Assembly: GCF_963921235.1 (NCBI RefSeq)
Contig: NC_086101.1
Coordinates: 9,674,001 to 9,738,000 of the forward strand
DNA: 64,000 nt
Source of the DNA: Mobula hypostoma
Taxonomy: Eukaryota
Direction of reading: 5' to 3'
This document shows, one piece after another, positions 20,871-34,120 of this stretch. The notes under the pieces were generated by a model. That model saw only the letters and a program-made list of their open reading frames with translations, did no database searches and was not told the DNA's origin. Every line of letters starts with the position of its first letter. Within the stretch, counting starts at the first letter, position 1. Position numbers and translations under genes: made by a program.

Positions 20871-23599
20871 ATGTGGTACCGAATAAAGTGGTCATTGAGC
20901 ATACATATTTGAGCTTATAAATTTCTTTGAATTTTATAATTTGACTAATCAGTCTGCAAGGCATGTGAACACAGCTTTTCACTGTATCTTGGTACACATG
21001 AAAACAATATACAAATTACCAAATTCCAGCGCCAAAGGTGAAGGATATCGAAATCAGCAGGACATTCCACTCACACCATATTCTATTCTGCTTTGCAGTG
21101 AGAAAGCTGTGGGATGAAGAGAGGCCACACTCCCACAGCAGGCAAGTGTGACTAAAACCCAGGAAATATGTGACATTTTGGAACTATTCTTGAAAAGGAC
21201 ATCTGCCAAACTAATCTGAGTCCAAGTGAACTTCCTCATCTTGAGTAGCTGAGATATTTTGGGGACTTTTGTAAGTGAAATCACAAAATGCAATCTAATT
21301 TAAAAAGAGTGTGCTTCTGTATATGGACTTTTCTTACTTGACAAAGGAGAGGGAGTTATTCAGGTCCTGTGATATATACTTGAAGTGTTGAGCAATGTTC
21401 TCTCTAATTTGTAATGACCAGTGTGCACAAAAATGTTGGGCTGTGACATTTTTTTGCTCAGTGACAACATGTGCGCACTTAATAATTTCTTCAATATAAA
21501 CAGTATAAATAAGACAGTTCCAAAGTCGGCGAACAAGTCATTGCAAAATCCATGTTATCAACACTGTCCACATCAGAAACCAGAGAGGGAAAAATGTGAT
21601 AGTGTACGATTGTGAAATATACTTAACATGGCAATGAGGTATCATTGGGGTGGTTACTGCACGAGGTTCAAAGTTCAAAGTAAATTTATTAACAAAGTAC
21701 GTCTATTTTACCATGCAGTATGTTACTTTGAGATTCATATTCTTGTAGGCATTCACAGGAAAATAAAGAAATGGTAATCTAAGAGGAAGGTAATCTTTGG
21801 AATTCTCTATCACTCTGGGGAAGAACAGCAAGATGGAGGTTTTTAGATGCTTTGGGAATTGCGGGTTATGTGTAAAGGAATGGTGTTGAGGCAGAAGTTG
21901 TGATTGAACAGCAGAAGATGAACGAGGGTTCAAATGACTTCCATTTGCTTGTATTTCTTGTTCTCTGCTAGGAGTAGTACAGCAATGACATAGGCCATTT
22001 GTGTACCCTATGCACATCTCTCCTACCCATACTAATCCCATTCCCAGGACTCAGTCACAGTCCTAGATCGAGTTATAGAGTCGCAGAGTTATACAGTGCA
22101 GAAACAGGCCATGCAGACAATATAGTCCATGCTGGACAAGATTCCCAGTGAAGCTTGTCCTAATGGCCTGCATTTGGTCGATTGATACCCACATACCCAT
22201 CCAACGTTGTTAATGTATCTCCCTCAACCACTTCCTCTGGCAGCTCTTTCCATATATGGACCATCATCTGGGTGAAAAAGTTGTCCATCATGTTCCTATT
22301 AAATCACTCCCCTCTCACCTTAAAACTTGTCCCTGTCATTCTTGATTCTCCAACCATGGGGAAAAGGACTGTGCACATTCACCCCATCTATGACCCTCAT
22401 AGTTTGATACACCTCGGTAAGGGCATTCTCTTACACTCTAGTGAATAAAGTTCCTTTCTTCAGATCTCAGTCCCTCAAGTTCCAGCGACATCCTCATACT
22501 CAGAGTGGTAAGTGTGTGGAGGAGAAGAGAAAGAGGAAAATACAGAGAAAGAAGTGAATGGGGCAAGAGGGAGCGAGAAAGGTATAGAGGGAGGAGGGGA
22601 GAGATGGAAAGAAATAGGAAAAGGTAGAGAAATTTTTAGATTATGAAGACACGTAGTCCCCTTTTATTGTCATTTAGTAATGCGTGCATTAAGAAATGAT
22701 ACATTATTTCCTCCAGTGTGATATCACAAAAACACAGGACAAACCAAGACTGAAAAAACTGACAAAACCACATAATTATACAGATAATTACAACAGTGCA
22801 ACAATACCATAACTTGACGAAGAAGTCCATGAGCACAGTAAAGTTCAAAGTTTCTCAAATGTCCCACATCTCACGCAGACGGGTGAAGGAAGGAAGAAAA
22901 ACTCTCCCTGTCATGCCGACCACAATCCGACTCTGAGTCATCTGAAAACTTCGAGCTCTGATCAGCTCTCCGACACCGAGTACTGAGCGCTATCTCTGTC
23001 CGAGCGATTCGACCTCTTTCTCGGTCGCCAAAAGCAGGCAAGGCCAGGGATTTTGAGGCCTACCCTCCAAAAGATACCCAACCACACGTAACGACAGCAG
23101 CGAACGGGCGTTTCAGAAATTTCTCCAGATGTTCCTTTGTGCTTTCACGTCTGTCTCCATCAAATCAGAAATTGCCCACGGCCCCTATTTAACAGATACA
23201 ACATCATTTTGAGAGAGAAATTGAGAGAGAATGAGGAAGATACAAGGAAAGGTAGGAAGAAAGGGAAAAAGCCACATAAAGGAAAGTAACAAAACAAAAG
23301 GGAAGATGGGAGAGAGAGAGATGAGGAGTTAAGGAGAGAGAAAAATATGGAGAAAGGAGAGCAAGATGGAGGATGAGAGAGGGATGAGCAGAGAGAAAGA
23401 GAAAGAGAGAGAGAGGAGTGTGTGATGGTGGTAGAATATGATACAATAGGTCCATTTCCTGGACTCTTGGATGAATGTAAAATGGAGGGTTATGTGTTGT
23501 GTAGGAGGGACGGGTTGGATTGATTGTGTAGCAGGTTAACATTCCGGGCCACGCCACCCATAGCATGCTATACTGTTCAATAATACATAGATAAACTAC

Positions 23600-24370
23600 T
23601 TGATAAACTTGGTAACTTGACTCCCTTTGTAAGATCAGAATTAACTGGTTTGATTCAGATTTCAACATAAGGCAAATGACCAGAACAGCAATTCCACACT
23701 TAAGAAATATTCCAGGCATGCCTATTTCTGTTACATAATGATGCTGAAAAAATAATTCATGCCTTTATATTGAATAGACTAGATTACTGCAATGCCACTT
23801 TTTACTGGCTTTCCAAAGCAATCTGTTAATAAACTTCAACTTGTTCAGAATGCTGCTACTTGACTTTTATCTAAAACCAGGAGGATGGAACATATCACTC
23901 CTTTCCTAGTTACTCTGCATTGACTCCCTGTACCTTTTAGAATTGATTTTAAGGTTCTCTTACTTATTTTTAAAGCTCTCAATAGTCTGGGACTCAAGTA
24001 CATCACAGAATCATTTTAATTTTATAATCCTGCTTGAGCTCCCAGATCTTCTTCTACCGGTATCTAAAATGTAAACAATCTCCCTCAAAAGATAAGTAAC
24101 AGGTCAGTTTTTTGAACCATGCTCCTAAACTGTGGAATTCAATACCTAAAACTATAAGGGATGCAGACTCAGTTGACACTTTTAAACACCAGCTCAAAGC
24201 CTATTTATTTAACCTTGTTTTTAAATTAACATCTTTTTGACCTTTATTTCCATGTTTATTTGTATTATTGTATTATTTTTATTTCATTTTTATGTTTGTA
24301 TTTTATCCCATTGTAAAGCATTTTGAACATCATCATCTGTATCAAAAATGCTCTATAAATGAAGGTATAA
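23600..24370 (+). mobile_element. L2-clade LINE 3' fragment
   Basis: Translates to remnants of LQLVQNAA, HITP..L..LH.LPV.FRIDFKVLLL and LWNSIP. Confidence 0.75.
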
Positions 24371-25339
24371 ATAAAGTTAAGAATACTTGATATTATTCAA
24401 AAGATATTTATTATCAAAGTTGTATGCGGTATGCAACTTTGAGATTTGTTTTCCCCACAGACAGCCATGAAACAAAGAAGAACCATGAATCTCAGTCAAA
24501 GAAAAAATACATCAGCCACCCTCTCCCCCCAACACAAAAAAGTCACACAACCGGCAACAAAACAGAGCTAGAACACAGAATATAAAACACAAATTCAAAG
24601 GCATATTCAGGTCAGCTCAGTGTTTGTTATCTGAAAGCCACCCCGATTCAAAATCACCCAAACTAGCAACAAAAAGGTAGTGAGGTAGTGACCAGAAAAG
24701 CTAGAAGCACATCCTATGTGAATTAGAGTCTGATCCACAAAGTGTGTTGATTAAACCTTGCTCTGGCACCATGACAGCAGTGAGGGGGAGAGAGAGAGAG
24801 AGATCATACGAACACAAGAACCTTCCCTTGGGGGTAGCGAGTGAGAAAGAGAGAGACTGCCCCATGCAGACACCTTCATCTAGCAGCAGCGAGCAAGAGG
24901 CTGGCAGACAGCGCTGAACACTTGCTCACCCTCCACACCCAACTTGACGATTTCAATCTTCCTTGGTGCTTTAATCAGCAAGATCGGTAAGAGAAGGAGT
25001 AAATTATGGGCTCGCGGCTCGCCTCCTGGTTTCCTGGCGTCTATCCCGCATGCCTTGCTGGCAGCCTTGTGGAATCTTCATGGAGACCGAAAACTGCCAG
25101 GTCACCCGATCGGCTCAAAAATACACCGCCAAAATGAAGAGAACAGTTTCCAATAGTAGCAGAACCACATCTGAAATAAAAAGACGCAAAACAAGTGAAA
25201 GGAGATGGATAGACTATTAGACAAAGAATTATTCAATAACTGGGCAGTTAGTTGGTGAGCAAAAGTGATGAGGCCAAGGACGATAGGGAAAGTAGGAAAA
25301 TGATAGGGAGAGGAACCGACATAAATTGGGGACTGGTTT

Positions 25340-25960
25340 CTCGAGCTGCACCACTCAATCCACAAAAAGCAAAGTTTCCTGGTGGCCAATCATTTTAATT
25401 CCTATTCCCATTTCTGCTCTGACATGTTGGTCCGTGACTTCCTCTTCTGCTATGGTGAAGCCACACTCAGGTTGGAGGAGCAACACCTCATATTCCATCT
25501 AAGTAGCCTCCAACCTGATGGCATGAACATCAATTTCTCCTGTTGATATTTCTTTCCCTCCTCCTCCCCTCTTCTTTTCTATGCCCCTTACCTCTTCTCC
25601 TCGCTGCCTATCACATCTCCTTGGTGCCCCTCCTCCTTCCTTTTCTCCTGTGGTCCATTTTCCTCCTACGAGATTCCTTCTTCACCAGCCTTTTCACTTT
25701 TCCAATTGTCACCTCCCAGCTTATTACTTCATTCCCACACCCCACCCACCTCAACTGGCTTCACCCTATTACCTTCTAGCTTGTCCTCCTTCTCCCTTCT
25801 TCACCTTCTTATTCTGGCTTCTACCCACTTGTTTTCCAGTCCAGATAAAAGGTCTTGGCCCAAAACATCACTTCCATAGATGCTGCCTTAGCTGCTGACT
25901 TCCTCCAGCACTTTTTGTGTGTTGCTCTAGATTCCCAGTATTTGCTGAATCTCTTGTGAA
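25340..25960 (+). mobile_element. Penelope-like element 3' end (GIY-YIG C-terminus, pyrimidine tract, decayed hammerhead repeat)
   Basis: RLEEQHLIFHLSSLQPDGMNINF remnant at about 25470-25540, followed by the short repeat body. Confidence 0.6.
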
Positions 25961-26204
25961 TAGGGAAAGGTAAGAAGAAATTGAAAATCAGAGATGTTGC
26001 TAGAGTGACTAAGAGAGAGAGAGAGAGGGACAGGGTTAAGTGATACTTGCTGTTGTTGAGAGGAAATTGTCTCTAGGTTGCTCTTTGATTGAAGCAGAGA
26101 CAGAAGTTCTGTGAAACTTCCTCTGGTAAATAAAAGGGAAGCTGTCCAACCATGAAACTGAAAGAGGGTTCTACACAATGCCACTGAGTGATGTGTAAAG
26201 CTGT

Positions 26205-27630
26205 AAGACCATAAGACATAGGAGCAGAATTAGGCCACTTGGCCCATTAAGCCTTTTCTACCATTCAATCTTGGCGGATCCTTTATTCCCCTCCTTAGCT
26301 CCACTCCCCAGCCTTCTCCCCATAACCTTTATGCCATGTCCAATCAAGAACCTATCAATCTCTGCCTTAAATATGCCCAAAGGCCTGGCATCCACAGCTG
26401 CCTGTGGTAACAAACTCCACAAATTCAACACCTTCAAGCTCAAAAAAATTCTCTGCATCTCTGTTTTAAATGGACACCCCTCTATCCTGAGGCTGGGCCC
26501 TCTAGCCTGAGACTACCCCAACATAGGAAACATCCTTTTCACATCCTCTCTGTCTAGGCCATTGAAAGGTTTCAATGAGATACCCCTCAACCTCTAAATT
26601 CCTGTGAGTACAGACCCAGAGTCATCAAATGTTCCTCAAATGATAACCCTTGCATTCCTGGAATCATCCTTGTGAAGCTCCTCTATACCCTCTCCAATGC
26701 CAGCACACATTTTTTTAGATGAAGAATCCAAAACTGTTCACAATACTCAAGGTGAGCCCTCACCAGTGCCTCAGCATCACATCCCCGCTCTTGTATTCTA
26801 GAGCTCTTGAAATGAATGTTACCATTGCATTTGCCTTCCTCACCACTGTCTCAATCTGTAGGTTAACTCTTAGAGTGCTCTGCACAAGGATTCCCAAGTC
26901 TCTTTGCATCTCAGATTTGTGGATTTTCTCCCCATTTAGAAAATAGTCTGCATATTTATTTCTACTGCCAAAGTTCATGACCATGCATTTTCCAACATTA
27001 TATTTCATTTACCATTTTCTTTCCATTCTCCTAATCTAAGTCCTTCAGCAGCCTTCCTGTTCCGTCAACATTACCTGTCCCTCCACCAATCTTCGCATCA
27101 TCTGCAAACATCTAAATCATTGATATACAGCATAAAAAGAAACGGACCCAACACCGACCCCTGAAGACAGTACTAGTCTCTGGCAGTCAACCAGAAAATG
27201 ATCCTTTTATTCGCACTTGTCGCTTCCTATCAATTGTCAATGATCTATCTATGCCAGTAATTTTCCTGTAATATCATGGGGTCTTAATTTGGTAAGGAGC
27301 TTCATGTGTGGCACCTTGCCAAAGGCCTTCTGAAAGTCCAAATATACAACACCCACTACATTCCCTTTATCCATCCTACTTCTAGTCTCCTCAAAGAATT
27401 CCAACAGGTTCATCAGGCAAGATTTTCCCTGAAGGAAACCATGCTGACTTTATCCTATCTTGTCCTGTGTCAGCAAGTGCTCCATAATCTCATCCTTAAC
27501 AAGTAAATCCAACATCTTCCCAACCATGGACGTCAGGCTAACTGGCCTATAATTTCCTTTCTGCTAGAGTAGAGTGACATTTGCAATTTTCCAGTCATCT
27601 GGCACCATGCCAGAGTCCAATGATTTTTGT
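26205..27630 (-). mobile_element. Decayed CR1 LINE
   Basis: ORF remnants 26258-26458 and 26760-27008. Confidence 0.8.
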
Positions 27631-27632
27631 AA

Positions 27633-28200
27633 GAAACATAGAAACATAGAAAATAGGTGCAGGAGTAGGCCATTCGGCCCTTCGAGCCTGCACCGCCATT
27701 TATTATGATCATGGCTGATCATCCAACTCAGAACCCAGCCTTCCCTCCATACCCCCTGACCCCTGTAGCCACAAGGGCCATATCTAACTTCCTTTTAAAC
27801 ATAGCTAATGAACTGGCCTCAACAGTTTGCTGTGGCAGAGAATTCCACAGATTCACCACTCTCTGTGTGAAGAAGTTTTTCCTAACCTCGGTCCTAAAAG
27901 GCTTCCCCTCTATCCTCAAACTGTGACCCCTCGTTCTAGACCTCCCCAACATCGGGAACAATCTTCCCGCATCTAGCCTGTCCAATCCCTTTAGGATCTT
28001 ATACGTTTCAATCAGATCCCCCCTCAATCTTCTAAATTCCAACGAGTACAAGCCCAGTTCATCCAGTCTTTCTTCATATGAAAGACCTGCCATCCCAGGA
28101 ATCAATCTGGTGAACCTTCTTTGTACTCCCTCTATGGCAAAGATGTCTTTCCTCAGATTAGGGGACCAAAACTGCACACAATACTCCAGGTGTGGTCTCA
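27633..28200 (-). mobile_element. Young CR1 3' fragment, same family as 5137-6603
   Basis: ORF 27728..28210 almost identical to the C-terminus of ORF 5082..6506; same tail. Confidence 0.92.
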
Positions 28201-29269
28201 TTATGCTCATTACTCGCAGAGGCCCCGATGCAACAGACCCTCAGCTCTGGAGTAGTTGGTAAAATCATCACGGCTATAAGCTGTGGCTGTAGTAACAAGC
28301 TCTTCACACCTACTTGTCTGCAGGAGGGTGCTACGATAAGGGCACGGGGAGCAGAGAGGGAGAGCAGCCAGCCTGGGTGAGGATTTTTTGATCTGCAATA
28401 CTGTTAATGATTGGGACTCAGTGCACGTTAGGATGTGCTTTTGGATAAGGTTAGTTCTATAAGACCATAAGATACTAGAGCAGATTTCGGCCATTCAGTC
28501 CATCCAGTCGACTTCACTATCCGATCACAGCTGATTTATTTTCTATCTTAACAGTGTTCTCCTGCCTTCTCCCTGTAACTTTTAATGCCCTTACTAATCA
28601 AGAACTTATCACATCTGCTTTAAATATACCTAATGTGCGAGAGAAAGAGAAAGACAGAGAGAGAGCTCCCATGCTTCTGATGCCAAAGTAGTATGCCCAG
28701 AACTTACTAACCCTGACCTGCATGTCTTTGGAACGTAGGAGGTAACCAGAACACCCAGAGGAGATACATGTGGTCAGTGGGAGAATGTACGAACTGCTTA
28801 CAGGCAGAGGCAGGAATTGACCCCTGACCTCACAACTGCTGGCACCATAAAGTGTCACACTAACTGTTAGGTTACTGTAGCTACTGGTCATCCCCTTCAC
28901 ACGCTGTCCCTCACCGGAAAACTATGGTTTGTGCGGTCATTAAGTCAGCTTTCAGCTTTCATGAGAAAGGTGAGGGCGGACTGGGGAGTGTTTGTGTGCA
29001 ATGTGTGAGCTCGTTATGTTTGCTTGGTGATTTTCTCATGTGGGTGGGCATTTTGCACCTCATCCTGTTTCACCTTCCTGTGGCCGTCAGTTCCCTTGGT
29101 TGGTTCAGACATGGGCTGAGGGGGTGGGATGGTGGAAGTGGCAGATAGCTGGCAGGTGTCTGCTTACACCAAGAGCACCCTGATTCACAGACAGATCCCG
29201 AGTCCCCAACCTACCAATCCTACTTTCAAATTCCCAGTCCATCGGTCCGTTCTCTGAGGTTCCCAACTG

Positions 29270-30830
29270 AATGTTAGCATTCATTTCAAGAGGAGCAGAA
29301 ATAACAAAAAAAAAGGATGGAATGCTGAGGCTTTATAAAACTTTGGTCAGACCACACTTGGAGAATTGTGAGCAGTTTGGGCCCCTTATCTAACAAAGAA
29401 CACGTTGAATTAGAGAGGGTCCAGGGGAGGTTCATGAGAATGATCCGGGGACTGAATGTGTTAACATATGAGTAGTGTTTGATGGCTCGGTCCTGTACAC
29501 ACTGGAGTTTAGAAGAATGGGGATGGGGCGGGGCGGGGGGAATTCTTTTTGAAACCTAACAAATAGTGAAAGGCCTAGAGAGAATGGATGTAGAGCGGCT
29601 GTTTCCTATAGCGGGGAGCCTAGGACCAAGGGCACAGCCTCAGAAGAGAAGGACTCCTTTAGAATAGAGAAGAAGTGCAATTTCTTTAGCCAGAGGGTGA
29701 TGAATCGATGGAATTCATTACCACAGGCAGCTGTGGAGGCCAGGTCATTGGGTATATCTAAAGCAGAGGTTGATAGGTTCTTAATTAGTGAGAGTGTCAA
29801 AGGTTACAGGGCAAAGACAGAAGAATGGAGTTGAGAGGGAATTCAAATCAGCCATAATGGACTGGTGGAGTGGACTCTGTGGGCTGGGGGGAGAAGTTGT
29901 TTCCCAACCTAATAATTCTTGTCTTAATGCTATTGTACCTCCTGTCTGATGGCAGGGGGTCAAAGAGATTGTCGGACAGATGGGACTGATTTATTGCCTG
30001 CGATTTTGCTTGCGGGATGGAGGGTGCAGGGGTGAGAGAAGGAAATCTGGGTGAAGGAGGCTGAGTCTCAGAGTGGGGAGAGCAGTGATGTCAGCCAACC
30101 TAGAGTCCGGACTGAAACTCCAGAGTACAAATCTCAACTGGCTGTGGAAAAAGAAATGTGACGCAAAAGAAAAATGCAGAGAAAATTTACAGGGATGTTG
30201 CCAGGACTTGAGCACCTGAATATAGGGAAAGGTTGAACAGTTTACAACATTATTCCCCAGAGTATAGAAGATAGAGGGGAGATTTGATAGAAGTATATAA
30301 AATTATCAGTGGCATAGAAAGGTAACTGCAAGTAGGCTTTTTCCACTGAGGTTGGGTGAGACTAGAGCTAGAGGTTATGGGTTAAATGTGAAAAGTGAAA
30401 TGTTTAAGGGGAATATGGCAAGGTTTTCAGGCCATTGCTTCTTTAAGAAGGGAGGATGGAAAAAGAAAGGAAATTATAGGCCAGTGAGCCTAACCTCAAT
30501 GGTTGGGAAAGTGTTGGAATCCATTATTAAGGATAAGGTTTTGGGGTACTTGGAGACTAATGATAAAATAAGTCAATTTCGGCATGGTTCGACAGGGAAA
30601 TCTTGCCTGACAAATCTGTTAAGAGTTCTTTGAGAAAGTAACAAGCAGGGTGGACAAAGGAGAGGGAGAGGCAGTGAATGTCATTTACTTGGATTTTCAG
30701 AAGGCATATGGTAAGGTGCCACACACGAGGCTGCTAAACAAGATAAAATCCTATGGTGTTCCAGGAAAGATATTGGCATGGATAGAGGAATTGGTGTCAG
30801 GCAGGAGGCAGTGAGTGGGAATAAAATGGA
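29270..30830 (+). mobile_element. Several decayed CR1 fragments
   Basis: RPHLE, NYRPVSLTS and LDFQKA remnants. Confidence 0.7.
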
Positions 30831-30989
30831 CTTACATTCATTTATCATTGTACTCCTGCCATGAAGTTAATAAATTTCATAACATATGCCATTGATATTA
30901 AACCGGATTCTGATTCCTGTCCTGTGGATATCTAACTGTTTGTGAAGCACACAGAAGTTTAACTTGAACTTCTACTTGACTCGAACCTC

Positions 30990-32003
30990 CAGGCTCGACA
31001 AGAAGCTCAGAGACCCTGCCCTTCACCCTGCCTTGTGTAGCTGGATCCTGGACTTCCTGTCAGATCGCCGGCAGGTGGTAAGAGTGGGCTCCCTCACCTC
31101 TGTTCCTCTGACCCTCAACATGGGAGCCCCCTAGGGCTGTGTCCTAAGGCCCCTCTTTTGCTCATCACTGTGTCACCACCCACAGCTCCAATCTGCTAAT
31201 TATGGTAAATTGCTGATGAGACTACACTGATTGGCCTGATCTCAAATAATAGTGAGGCAGCCTACAGAGAAGATACCATCACCCTAACACAAGTGGTGTC
31301 AAGAAAACAACTCTCCCTCAATGTCACAAAAACAAAGGAGTTGGTTGTGGACTACAGGAGGAATGGAGACAAGCTAACCAGTATTGACGTCAATGGATCT
31401 AGGGTTGAGAGTGTGAGCAGCTTTATGTTCCTCGGCATAAACATCACCAAGGATCTCATGTGGTCTGCAGATACCAGCTGTGTGGTGAAAAAGGCACAAC
31501 AGTGCCTCTTTCATCTCAGATGGTTGAAGAAGTTTGGTATGGGCCACCAAATTCTAAGAACTTTCTATAGGGGCGCAATTGAGAGCATCTTGACTGGCTG
31601 CATCACTGCCTGATATGGGAACTGTACTTCCCTCAATCGCAGGACTCTGCAGAGAGTGGTGCGGACAGCCCAGCGCATCTGTAGATGTGAACTTCACACT
31701 ATTCAAGACACTTACAGAGACAGGTATGTAAAAAGGGCCTGAAGGATCATTGGGGACCCAAGTCACCCTAACCACAAACTGTTCCAGTAGCTACCATCCG
31801 GGAAACGGTACCACAGCATAAAGGCTTCTTCCACCAGGCCAACAGACTGATTAATTCATGCAAACACAAATGTATTTCTATGTTATATTGACTGTCCTGT
31901 TGTACATACTATCTATTATAAGTTACTATAAATTGCACATTGCACGTTTAGATGGTGATGTAATGGAAAGATTTTTACTCCTCATGTATATGAAGGATGT
32001 AAG
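30990..32003 (+). mobile_element. Decayed Rex1-like element
   Basis: WILDFL, LSLNVTKTKELVVDYRR and RTFYRGAIESILTGCITA. Confidence 0.85.
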
Positions 32004-32005
32004 TA

Positions 32006-32355
32006 CAGTCGGCCCTCCGTATCCACGGGTTTCGCATCTGCGGATTCAACCAACCATGGATTGGGATCGGAAAAAAAACCCAGATGTTCTCTCTCCAGCA
32101 CTCATTGCTTGAGCATGTACAGACTTATATTTCTTGTCATTATTCCCTAAACAATACAGTATAACAACTATTTACATAGCATTTACATTGTATTAGGTAT
32201 TATAAGTAATCTAGAGATGATTTAAAATATTTAGGAGGGTTTGTGTAGGTTATATGCAAATACTACGCCATTTTATATATGGGACTTGAGCATCCGCGGA
32301 ATCTGGGGGGGGGGGGTCCCAGAACCAAACCCCCGCGGATACAGAGGGGCGACTG
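32006..32355. mobile_element. Tigger/pogo-type MITE (MER2-like), 350 bp
   Basis: TIRs CAGTCGGCCCTCCGTATCC and GGATACAGAGGGGCGACTG, with TA on both sides (32004-5, 32356-7). Confidence 0.85.
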
Positions 32356-32467
32356 TAATGAAGTCAATTCAATACAATAATTGTTTCCTCCCAAACAGCA
32401 ATAATTTTGCAACCTAGGCAAACTCACAAAAAATAAGGAAATGAAAAAATGTCAGTGTTAAGTTACT

Positions 32468-32560
32468 TTTATTAATTGTCATTCAGTCAGACAATGAATA
32501 ATATAAATAATAAATAATTCAATTAATAAATATCAAAGAGTAATAAATTAAACAAGCATG
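32468..32560 (-). terminator. AU-rich elements (UUAUUUAUU at 32509-32517) and polyA signal (32468-32473) of paralog B
   Basis: Reverse complement reads AATAAAAGTA, the same context as in paralog A. Confidence 0.75.
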
Positions 32561-32589
32561 AAACAGTAAGAAAAATATTAACATTTATG

Positions 32590-32610
32590 GACATCCTTAA
32601 AACAGATGTA
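32590..32610 (-). promoter_or_regulatory. 3'UTR stem-loop with GUUUUA hexaloop, ADE-like (paralog B)
   Basis: Reverse complement reads TACATCTGTTTTAAGGATGTC. Confidence 0.65.
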
Positions 32611-32662
32611 ATTTCATTTTAATATAAATCCTATATTCTGCCACAGTTAATATATAACAGTG

Positions 32663-32965
32663 TGGCACGTGGCCAAGTGGTTAAGGCATCAGTCTAGTGA
32701 TCTGAAGGTCGCTAGTTCGAGCCTCAGCTGAGACAGCATGTTGTGTCCTTGAGCAAGGCACTTAACCACATACTGCTCTGCAACAACACCAGTGCCAAGC
32801 TGTATCAGCCCTAATGCCCTTCCCTTGGACAACATCGGTGGCATGGAGAGGGGAGACTTGCAGCATGGGCAACTGCCGGTCTTCCATACAACCTTGCCCA
32901 GGACCTGCACCCTGGAAACCTTCCAAGGTGCAAATCCATGGTCTCGCGAGACTAACAGATGCCTA
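32663..32965 (+). mobile_element. tRNA-derived CORE-like SINE in the 3'UTR of paralog B
   Basis: A box TGGCCAAGTGG, B box GTTCGAGCC, GTGTCCTTGAGCAAGGCACTTAACC core; 15-bp TSD TAATATATAACAGTG (32648-32662, 32966-32980). Confidence 0.9.
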
Positions 32966-33449
32966 TAATATATAACAGTGGAGTGCTTTGGGTGGAAATT
33001 CCCCTGGATGAATCTGAACTGTTTTTCTCTGGAAACTCTGCCAGCAGATTAGTGAGCAGTGCCTCAGATTTGTGAGACAATGTGACATTATCACTGAAAC
33101 TGCCCAGGAAGTACTCACAACATTCAACATACAGTAAGAGACAAGCAGATCACATACCACTCAGAAAGACCCAGAAGTGCAAAACAGGCCAACTTACTCA
33201 CTGTGATCTACTCTTGTGTAGGAATCTGAGTCACGATGAGTGTAGAATAAATTACTTTTAGTTGGTTTGGTGATAATCACAGTGCAGAATAGTTACATCT
33301 TTTTTCAAAAGAGATGACCCAATATGTTGGCAATTTGGTAAACAAGTTATGGGGAGTTTGGCTGCTCCTTTACTAGCATTAACCATTGAGGACCCACGTA
33401 GATGTCCCAGATATGCTTCTATGCAGAAACTGGTCTCACAAGCTAAACA

Positions 33450-33464
33450 GTCTGAATATCAGAC
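33450..33464 (-). promoter_or_regulatory. 3'UTR stem-loop GTCTGA-TAT-TCAGAC, CDE-like (paralog B)
   Basis: 6-bp stem with UAU loop, inside a block alignable to paralog A 13130-13260. Confidence 0.65.
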
Positions 33465-33707
33465 AGAATTGCTTGCACATTGCCTCTTGAGATTATCTAC
33501 TTACACTCTCCCTTAGGAGTACTTGTTTCAATAAGATCAATAAACTTAAATATAAAATAAATATCATGCATTAAAACAGAAAGAATATTAGCTTATCCTG
33601 AGAATGAACATGGCATGGAATGTCCAAATTTTGTCCTATAGGGCAACATGCCCCATTAAGTGTCTGTTGAGTTCCAGTCTGAAAATCCCGACCATTCATC
33701 GAGTTCT

Positions 33708-34120
33708 TCACAAGGCGAATATTCCAAAGAAGGTCTTTCCCTGAGCCCTGTCCACGTAGTGCACCACATTCTCACTGACTTTTGAGAAGATGTGGTCGCC
33801 CTCCTCAAACTGGAAGATGGCACCCTGGTAGGACGTCTTGTACCAGTGTTGTTGGTTTGACCCATAGTGGCAGATGGACTTGGTGGCCTTCAGGAGCAGA
33901 TTTTCCTCTGGGTAGTTGGCGGACAGCAAGGTGACGTTGTGGCTGAGGTAGGTGGCCTTGTCCTGGCAGCCTTTGCCATGAAACACCACCTGGGTGTAGA
34001 CAAAGTACTGGCCGGGGGTCTTGATGACCAGGCCGTTGCCCTCAAGGTCCACTCCTTTTGCGAGGGTGGTGTCTGTGTCCTCCTGCCAGATCACTTCCTT
34101 TCCTCTGTTGTTGGATAATG
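33708..34120 (-). CDS. TNF: TNF paralog B exon 4 (TNF homology domain)
   Basis: ttcccacag| acceptor; lies within ORF 33708..34253. Confidence 0.95.

Noticed and set aside
32663..32735. tRNA-like sequences at 32663, 37215 and about 60050-60120
   Set aside because: They are SINE heads with a body and TSD, not tRNA genes
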